Below, in pieces: positions 1-5,640 of a stretch of DNA of 11,818 bases. The stretch spans positions 1 to 11,818 of the forward strand of contig DGGR01000040.1 of NCBI GenBank assembly GCA_002392285.1, written 5' to 3'. The translations under genes were made by a program, and so were the position numbers. Source of the DNA: Verrucomicrobia bacterium UBA3869 (lineage in GTDB: Bacteria; Verrucomicrobiota; Verrucomicrobiia; Opitutales; UBA9783). The notes beneath the pieces are model-generated. The model was not told where the DNA came from, made no database searches, and saw only the letters and a program-made list of their open reading frames with translations. Numbering within the stretch: the stretch's first letter is position 1; each line of letters begins with the position of its first letter.

Positions 1-25
1 TTTGGACCTGCGGTAAATTATAATA

Positions 26-517
26 ATGGAAATGTTACATCCTTATTGGCGTTATGAGTACATAACGGCGGACCATAAACAGCATAATCCCAAGCTTTTT
101 TCAGAGTTGCCTCAAAAAACGGATGAGGAAGCTCATATTTTACGCCGTAATCCGCACAGTTATTTAACCTTGAATGCTTTCCCTTATACAGCAGGCCATT
201 TGCTCGCTATTCCTTATCGGGAGGTCGGCAGACTAAGCGATTTAAGCAATGAAGAGCGGGCGGATTTATTCAATTTAGTGGCCTATGCGGAAGATTTGCT
301 AACGCAAGCGCTTCATCCGGATGGATTTAACGTTGGTATGAATTTAGGATTGCATGCAGGGGCTGGATTCCCCAATCACTTACACGTGCATATTGTCCCG
401 CGTTGGGCGAATGACCATAACTTTATGCCGGTGATTAGTGGAACGCATATGCTGCATGCGGCGGTTCATACCCTTTGGGAACAATTAAAAAAGCACGTAG
501 CTACCTTAGACCATTAA
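26..517 (+). CDS. HIT (histidine triad) family nucleotide hydrolase/transferase
   Basis: 163-aa ORF with the histidine-triad motif HLHVHIVPR (HxHxHxx) near the C-terminus. The N-terminal PYWRYEYI segment is typical of the Ap4A-phosphorylase/GalT-like HIT branch. An in-frame stop lies at 14-16. The start is ATG 26 or ATG 32. Confidence 0.85.
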   Translation: MEMLHPYWRYEYITADHKQHNPKLFSELPQKTDEEAHILRRNPHSYLTLNAFPYTAGHLLAIPYREVGRLSDLSNEERADLFNLVAYAEDLLTQALHPDGFNVGMNLGLHAGAGFPNHLHVHIVPRWANDHNFMPVISGTHMLHAAVHTLWEQLKKHVATLDH

Positions 518-532
518 TCGCGTACGTTCGTT

Positions 533-2776
533 ATGATGCTGCATGCTAAAAAAACAGTCAAAAAGGTGATAGGCGAAAAACCTAAGGTTCGCAGTCATTG
601 GTTTAAAAATGCGCTCCAGTTGGGTGGCTTTTTGCTAGGGCTTGTTGGGCTTGTTGCGTTAGGGCAAGCGATTGTGAAACCCAAGCTTTTCTTGGGGCAA
701 GTGGCGACGGTTCAGGTACAGGCAATCCGTGATTTCGAATATGTTAGCTTGTGCAAAACCCGCGAAAAGCAGCAGGAATATAAACAGCGGGTTAATCCGG
801 TGTATAACGTGGACAAAACGAAATTTTATGCGTTTGTTAAGACCCTACAAGCCTTTCGGGATCATTTGACCAAGCTGGAGCTTTTAGGCCCCAAGGCTCC
901 CCGTTCGGAACTAGAGGCAATAGCTCGCCAACTGCATGCTGCGGGTATCATTATGACGCTTGATGATTTGTCGGTATTGGCTGCTATCCGTCCAACCTCG
1001 AAACGGGATCAAATCTTAGAGGAAAGCTTATATAGCCTACAGGAAATCGTTGAGCGGGGGATCGTTGATGATCGTTTTCAAGATCCCAATATTCCGAACA
1101 TCGTAACCGATTATTATAATCAAGCGATTCCGTTCGTTACCTATGTTGACGCCATTAAACAGCTGCGTGCAAGTTTAGATAGTTTGTCGGTTTCATATGA
1201 AATTTACAGCGCTTGCTTCCATCTGATGAAGCAAAACATTCAGGCAAATTTAGTGTATGATGGGAAAGCAACGAACGAAAAGGTGCAGCAAGCAATGGAT
1301 TCGGTAGCGAGCGTGCATGTTAAGGTTTTATCAGGGGATTATTTAATAAAAGTTGGGCAGCCAGTAACTGAGGAGGTGTACGAGGCCTATCAAGCATATC
1401 TGAAGGATTTGAAGCTTTATGGGGGTAATCGTATAGCCTACTGGATGGCCTTGTTCAGCAAGGGATTCCCATTGGTGCTTCTGTTCATTTGGACGGTGCT
1501 TTTGCTTAAAATGTTCGCTTCTAAATTATCCGGTCGTACATATTGCGCCATCGGGGCGATGGTGATAGGGAATTGCGTCCTTATCTTATTTGGATTTTTC
1601 ATCAGCCAAAACAGCCTACTTGGTCAACAATTCCCCTTAGAACGTTGGGTTTCGTTGGTGGGACCAACCTTTCTGGTCCCCTTACTCATTCCGATGTTTG
1701 TATCGTTAAACGTCAGCATGGTTATTTCGGTGTTTATGATTGGCTTAAAGGCGTTGCTGGTAGGGGATTGTTTGGATGTCTTTTTGCTCAATTTGTTGAT
1801 CGGCAATATCATCCTGTATCGCTGTCGAAAAATACGGTTTAGCAAGGATATAGCGCGCGCGGTCTTTCAGGGATTTATCATTTATGCCTTGGGCGTTGTG
1901 GTATACGATGCGGTTAGCCACAATTTTGATGGAATCGCTTGTATCCAGCAATGGATTTTGTTGGCAATCCAGGCAGGAATTACCCTAGTGTTAGGCTACT
2001 GCCTGATTCCGTGTCTTGAGGTTTTGTTTCGTCAAACAACCGCTATTACCTTTTTTCGCCTGACCAATACGGATCATCCGTTGTTGCAAAAACTGCAAAC
2101 CGTGGCGCCCGGAACCTATCATCATAGCTTAACCGTTTCTCTGTTGGCCGAAAAAGCGAGTAATGAAATACAGGCGAACTCGAATTTGTGCCGCTGCTGT
2201 TCCTTGTATCATGACATTGGGAAAATAACAGCCCCAAGTTATTTTATAGAAAACCAGCAGAATGGGGAGAATCCGCATCAGGACAAATTGCCATCCATCA
2301 GCGCTTTAATCCTTAAAAATCACGTTAAAGAAGGGGTTGCGTTGGCTCGGCAATACAAATTGCCCCAAAGGGTCATTGATATTATTCAACAGCACCATGG
2401 GACTTCATTGATGCAGTATTTTTATAAAAAAGCGTTGTTGATGAAAAAGGAAGGGGAGACAGTCGAAGAAGGCTTTTTCCGCTATGATGGCCCTAAACCG
2501 AACTTTAAAGAATCCGTTATTGTTAGTCTAGCGGATGCTATTGAAGCGGCTAGTCGTAATTTATCCGAAATCAACGCTAATTCTGTAGATCATTTAATCA
2601 AAACGATTGTACAGGAACGATGGGTCGATCAGCAGCTCGATGGATGTCCGTTAACTTTACAGGAATTGGAAACCATCTGCCATTCCTTTAAAATGACCCT
2701 ATTAACCATGTACCATGAGCGCATTAGCTATAGCGTTATCGATATAAAACAAAATGCCGTCAAACCAGCTGAGTGA
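533..2776 (+). CDS. pgpH: PgpH/YqfF-type 7TM receptor with intracellular HD phosphohydrolase domain (c-di-AMP phosphodiesterase family)
   Basis: 747-aa ORF with an N-terminal hydrophobic anchor, a roughly 280-aa non-hydrophobic region and a block of multiple hydrophobic helices (about aa 300-500). The C-terminal HD domain carries GTYHHSL...LYHDIGK...YFIENQ...NPH...QQHHGTSLMQYFY, which matches the pattern of Listeria PgpH / B. subtilis YqfF. Confidence 0.85.
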   Translation: MMLHAKKTVKKVIGEKPKVRSHWFKNALQLGGFLLGLVGLVALGQAIVKPKLFLGQVATVQVQAIRDFEYVSLCKTREKQQEYKQRVNPVYNVDKTKFYAFVKTLQAFRDHLTKLELLGPKAPRSELEAIARQLHAAGIIMTLDDLSVLAAIRPTSKRDQILEESLYSLQEIVERGIVDDRFQDPNIPNIVTDYYNQAIPFVTYVDAIKQLRASLDSLSVSYEIYSACFHLMKQNIQANLVYDGKATNEKVQQAMDSVASVHVKVLSGDYLIKVGQPVTEEVYEAYQAYLKDLKLYGGNRIAYWMALFSKGFPLVLLFIWTVLLLKMFASKLSGRTYCAIGAMVIGNCVLILFGFFISQNSLLGQQFPLERWVSLVGPTFLVPLLIPMFVSLNVSMVISVFMIGLKALLVGDCLDVFLLNLLIGNIILYRCRKIRFSKDIARAVFQGFIIYALGVVVYDAVSHNFDGIACIQQWILLAIQAGITLVLGYCLIPCLEVLFRQTTAITFFRLTNTDHPLLQKLQTVAPGTYHHSLTVSLLAEKASNEIQANSNLCRCCSLYHDIGKITAPSYFIENQQNGENPHQDKLPSISALILKNHVKEGVALARQYKLPQRVIDIIQQHHGTSLMQYFYKKALLMKKEGETVEEGFFRYDGPKPNFKESVIVSLADAIEAASRNLSEINANSVDHLIKTIVQERWVDQQLDGCPLTLQELETICHSFKMTLLTMYHERISYSVIDIKQNAVKPAE

Positions 2777-3473
2777 TTTATATAACGCTTCATGTGAAGT
2801 GCCGTTTGCCCAAATGGCAGCGGAGCATGACCAATGTAAGCAACGATGGGAACAGCATCACATTCATCATACGATTGCGTTTTTAGGTTCGTCCCGTTTA
2901 ACGGAAACAAATGATCAAGGCGGTAAGAGCATTCATTGGTACCAAAGTGCACGGTATTTAGCTCATCAGCTTGCGTTATGGACGCAAACATTACCAGAAT
3001 CCATCCGCCCTTATATAGTTACAGGCGGTGGTTCTGGAATCATGGAAGCGGTTAATCGGGGGGCAAGTGAAGCAGGGGCGCTTAGTATCGGTTTGGTGAA
3101 ACAGTCCCCCGCAGATCCTAACCTCATCAATGCCTACTGTACTCGCGAAGTCAGCATGATATTTCATTCGTTATCCTTGCGGAAATTCTGGTTGTTGGTT
3201 AAGGCGCGCGCACTTGTCTTTTTCCCCGGTGGGTTCGGAACTTTGGATGAACTTTTTAATGTTTGTTCGTTGATACAAACCAACGATCTACCGCCCTTAC
3301 CGATTATTTTATTTGGAAGTGATTTTTGGAATCGAGCAATCTCATTGGATACCCTCATGGAACAGCATTGCATTAGCGCCCATGAACGTTCATTGTTTCG
3401 CTTAATGGATGATGCGGATGCGGTGGTAGAGGCCCTAAAAACAGCCTTGATTCCTGTGCTTAAAAACAAATGA
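2754..3473 (+). CDS. LOG family (TIGR00730 / lysine-decarboxylase-like) nucleotide N-glycosidase
   Basis: 239-aa ORF with the two LOG signatures, GGGSGIMEAVNRGA (nucleotide-binding loop) and PGGFGTLDELF (PGGxGTxxE, nt 3225-3251). The ATG at 2754 overlaps the pgpH 3' end by 23 nt. An alternative ATG lies at 2814. No clear SD precedes either start. Confidence 0.8.
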   Translation: MPSNQLSDLYNASCEVPFAQMAAEHDQCKQRWEQHHIHHTIAFLGSSRLTETNDQGGKSIHWYQSARYLAHQLALWTQTLPESIRPYIVTGGGSGIMEAVNRGASEAGALSIGLVKQSPADPNLINAYCTREVSMIFHSLSLRKFWLLVKARALVFFPGGFGTLDELFNVCSLIQTNDLPPLPIILFGSDFWNRAISLDTLMEQHCISAHERSLFRLMDDADAVVEALKTALIPVLKNK

Positions 3474-3483
3474 TTTATAATTT

Positions 3484-4365
3484 ATGTCGCAACCTTTAAA
3501 CGTTTCTGCTGACCCTTATGCCTACAACCTTAGTTTGTTGCAGGAAGCGGTTCGTATAGCACGTTTAAGCGGTTGTTCAACGCTTTTATTTCCATCTGAT
3601 GCGTTTAATTCAACGATTCCTCAAGAAGCACTCGATGGCTTTGCGTGCATTGTTATGGGGGATAAGCAGGTGGAGCCGAGCAGCCCAGCCGTGCATTACG
3701 TATCCCTTGATGTCCATAATCACTTGGGGGTTACGCCGTTAAAAACAGCATTATTGTTAGCTTATATCCGCGGCTATATCCGCTATGACGAAAAAGTATT
3801 TTGTTTGAATCGTACCCAAGGCGGTCAGCGTTTAAACCTGATGGTCGCGATGAATGTGCAGCAGGCAGTTCATCCGATTCTTACCACTCCTCATATTTTA
3901 CCCGCTTCGGTTCTTCCCGAGACCTTTGAACGTGCGTTAACCATTACAACGGAATTGGCCCATGAAGGACGGGAAGGAAAAGCAATTGGTACAATGTTGA
4001 TTTTGGGAGATGCCAAAAGTTTTGAGCCGTACATACGACCATTGGTGCTCAATCCCTTTTTAGGGCATGCCCCTGCAGAATGCAGTTTGCTCAATTCAGC
4101 TCTGGACGAAACCATCAAGGAATACGCGCAATTGGATGGAGGGTTTATTATTGATGGCAATGGGGTGGTGGTGAATGCAGGGGTATGGATTCAAGCACCC
4201 TGTAGTATTCAACCACCTAGTGGGTTTGGAACGCGGCATGCGGCAGCCATGGCATTTTCTCAAGCCGTAGATTGCATTATCATTACGCTTTCATCGAGCA
4301 ACCGACAAATTTCGTTGTTCCGCAATGGTCAGATGCTATCGCTATCGCCATTCAGCAATACTTAA
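3484..4365 (+). CDS. Soluble DAC (DisA_N, diadenylate cyclase) domain protein with an unassigned ~145-aa N-terminal domain
   Basis: 293-aa ORF whose C-terminal half (about nt 3925-4338) aligns by eye with DAC domains: GTMLILGD (cf. GALIVI), LDGGFIIDGNG (cf. DGA motif) and GFGTRHAAAMAFSQAVDCIIITLSSSNRQISLFRNGQ (cf. GTRHRAA...). There is no hydrophobic N-terminal helix, unlike CdaA/DacA. Confidence 0.75.
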   Translation: MSQPLNVSADPYAYNLSLLQEAVRIARLSGCSTLLFPSDAFNSTIPQEALDGFACIVMGDKQVEPSSPAVHYVSLDVHNHLGVTPLKTALLLAYIRGYIRYDEKVFCLNRTQGGQRLNLMVAMNVQQAVHPILTTPHILPASVLPETFERALTITTELAHEGREGKAIGTMLILGDAKSFEPYIRPLVLNPFLGHAPAECSLLNSALDETIKEYAQLDGGFIIDGNGVVVNAGVWIQAPCSIQPPSGFGTRHAAAMAFSQAVDCIIITLSSSNRQISLFRNGQMLSLSPFSNT

Positions 4366-4853
4366 AGTCGGTCGTTTAGGTTGGCAAAAACAGGATTTTG
4401 TTCAACAGGCATGCACAACTCTGCTAGGGGTTCGGATAACTGCCCCTGTTCTAATTCAAGCAGATAGTTTTTCCATTGCTTGGTTTGATTGATAAAGAAT
4501 TCGAATGCCGATTCGAACACGGCGAGGGTTAGATTTACAATGGGGAATGGATAGATCAGGATAATCGAGGATTGCTGCGGTTTTTTTGCCAACACACAGC
4601 CGCGCATTAAATTCCAGGTGGCGTTGGCTTTGAGCAATGTATTGCAGGTTTGCTCTACATCGCAATCGCCCAATGCGCCAATATCAGCAAAAAAAATCAG
4701 GGTTTCTAATTTGCTTTTGTAGGTGAGCTGAATCGTATGCTCTTTGTCGACACATAACACACAGCTGAGGTTATCATCTAGGGTTAATCCGGATAATGAA
4801 ATAGACTTCCCAAAAGCATCCAAAACCTGATTGATTGCATCGACCGCTACCAT
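4362..4853 (-). CDS. CesT/SycE-family type III secretion chaperone (chlamydial Slc1-like)
   Basis: 163-aa acidic ORF of typical class I chaperone size. The N-terminal pattern LDAFGKSISLSGLTLDDNLSCVLCVDKEHTIQLTYKS..LIFFADIG...LLKAN fits the CesT/SycE fold signature (x-L-x-LD-x-x-x-x-C-x-L-x-VD...L-x-L-TY). From memory it resembles Chlamydia Slc1 (CT043). Confidence 0.65.
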   Translation of the reverse strand: MVAVDAINQVLDAFGKSISLSGLTLDDNLSCVLCVDKEHTIQLTYKSKLETLIFFADIGALGDCDVEQTCNTLLKANATWNLMRGCVLAKKPQQSSIILIYPFPIVNLTLAVFESAFEFFINQTKQWKNYLLELEQGQLSEPLAELCMPVEQNPVFANLNDRL

Positions 4854-4899
4854 AAAATCTATTGTGCATCTAACGGTTTACCCGTGTGCATTTTAATTT

Positions 4900-4928
4900 A
4901 TGATACTCTAATTTCTGCGGGATGTAAA
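4900..4928 (-). promoter_or_regulatory. Candidate sigma70-like promoter for the T3S chaperone gene
   Basis: On the - strand: TTTACA (4928-4923), a 17-nt spacer, then TATCAT (4905-4900), about 45 nt upstream of the ATG at 4853. This is a motif match only. Confidence 0.25.
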
Positions 4929-5004
4929 CACACCCCGCAGGGTTACGGGTCCTGAGGGCAATAAACACCCGCTATGCTGCGTACAGCATTGGATACCCTG
5001 TAAC
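4915..5004 (-). other. Structured intergenic element (nested hairpins) between rpmG and the chaperone gene
   Basis: Three stems: a 7-bp stem 4915-4921/4934-4940 (ctgcggg/cccgcag); a 9-bp stem with a 1-nt bulge 4942-4950/4995-5004 (gttacgggt/accctgtaac); and, enclosed by that, a 6-bp hairpin 4974-4979/4984-4989 (atgctg cgta cagcat). No ORF longer than 10 codons occurs on either strand. Confidence 0.3.
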
Positions 5005-5017
5005 AATCAACAACCGC

Positions 5018-5188
5018 TTAGCTTTTGATTTCTCGATGTAAGGTCCGACGGCGTAAAAACCAGTTGTATTTTACCTTTTCAACCTTTTCAGTTTGAGTTT
5101 TTTTATTGCGTGTTGTCATATAGCGCGAAGCAGGTTTCCCTTCGTTACGCGCTTCTGTACATTCAATAATCACGGTTTCCCTAGGCAT
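5018..5188 (-). CDS. rpmG: 50S ribosomal protein L33
   Basis: My own translation of the - strand gives MPRETVIIECTEARNEGKPASRYMTTRNKKTQTEKVEKVKYNWFLRRRTLHREIKS* (56 aa). This matches the L33 signature (Y-x-T-x-[KR]-N-K...K-Y-x-x-x-x-R-[KR]-x-T-L-H-[KR]-E-x-K). The gene is too short for the supplied ORF track. Confidence 0.9.
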   Translation of the reverse strand: MPRETVIIECTEARNEGKPASRYMTTRNKKTQTEKVEKVKYNWFLRRRTLHREIKS

Positions 5189-5277
5189 AATATAAAATAT
5201 TTGCTTCTATCCTAGAGAAGATCTGATAGGTTTCAATAGAATTTTTATTCTAGGAACCATCAAGAGCGCTTGAAGGC

Positions 5278-5556
5278 TTATGCAAAGCGATTTAACTCGT
5301 CTTGTTCTTCGCGCGCGATTTCTTGCATTCTTCTGGAATGGTTCTGCATGGCTACCCGCATTTGTTCAAGAATACCCTTATTGAGAATTTCCTTATTGCG
5401 CTTTAGCCGTTCTTCGCGAGTCATTTTTACCCCCTCTGCTCCTTCTTCGACTTTCACTTCTACGGGTAGAGCTTCGGGTTGCGCTATGACCTTAGGTTCG
5501 GCTTGAATAGCTTGTAGAGGTTCATGATGAATGAATTGTACAGGATTGAGCGACAT
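5278..5556 (-). CDS. Small hypothetical protein (92 aa): Pro/Glu/Val-rich N-terminal half, charged helical C-terminal half
   Basis: I trimmed the 126-aa ORF to the internal ATG at 5556 (MSLNPVQFIHHEPLQ...). The upstream 34 codons read like AT-rich spacer (MMCINHNQPLKIFHFNYFHKLFNLKRRFYIGIID) and would overlap the divergent gene. I recognise no family. Confidence 0.5.
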   Translation of the reverse strand: MSLNPVQFIHHEPLQAIQAEPKVIAQPEALPVEVKVEEGAEGVKMTREERLKRNKEILNKGILEQMRVAMQNHSRRMQEIAREEQDELNRFA

Positions 5557-5590
5557 ATCAATTATACCTATATAAAAACGGCGTTTTAGA

Positions 5591-5618
5591 TTGAAAAGTT
5601 TATGGAAATAGTTAAAAT
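5591..5618 (+). promoter_or_regulatory. Candidate sigma70-like promoter for the hexapeptide transferase gene
   Basis: TTGAAA (5591-5596), a 16-nt spacer, then TAAAAT (5613-5618). An SD-like AGGGG (5630-5634) follows, 6 nt before the ATG at 5641. Confidence 0.35.
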
Positions 5619-5640
5619 GAAAAATTTTTAGGGGTTGATT

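Noticed and set aside
638-655. Tandem duplication gggcttgtt x2
   Set aside because: It is an 18-nt in-frame repeat encoding GLVGLV inside the N-terminal hydrophobic anchor of PgpH. It is trivial low-complexity coding sequence.
1543-1951. Three ORFs (99 aa +, 73 aa -, 68 aa -) nested inside the pgpH transmembrane region
   Set aside because: They lie entirely within a strongly supported 747-aa gene, in other frames or on the other strand. Their translations are low-complexity with no motifs. They are typical shadow ORFs.
2046-2237. 63-aa ORF on the - strand inside the pgpH HD domain region
   Set aside because: It is antisense to the best-conserved part of pgpH and has no recognisable features. 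It is a shadow ORF.
2728-2991. 87-aa ORF on the - strand spanning the pgpH/LOG junction
   Set aside because: It is antisense to two supported genes and has no motifs or plausible start context.
3164-3469. 101-aa ORF on the - strand within the LOG gene
   Set aside because: It is antisense to the PGGxGTxxE-containing LOG frame, Ser/Lys-rich and low-complexity. It is a shadow ORF.
3891-4160. 89-aa ORF on the - strand within the DAC gene
   Set aside because: It is antisense to the conserved DAC domain and has no family resemblance.
4456-4665. 69-aa ORF on the - strand in an alternative frame of the chaperone gene
   Set aside because: It overlaps the better-supported 163-aa chaperone frame and is Arg-rich and junk-like.
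4915-5004. Possible tRNA or SRP (4.5S) RNA in the rpmG-chaperone spacer
   Set aside because: On either strand there is no 7-bp acceptor stem with a cloverleaf, no GTTCRA T-loop and no SRP domain IV motif (GGAA/AGCA symmetric loop). I kept it only as an unclassified structured element.
5270-5506. 78-aa ORF on the + strand opposite the small hypothetical gene
   Set aside because: Its Ser/Arg/Cys-rich composition is typical of the antisense of a Glu/Arg/Lys-rich frame. The - strand frame has the more protein-like sequence. Neither is independently verified, so the strand choice stays provisional.
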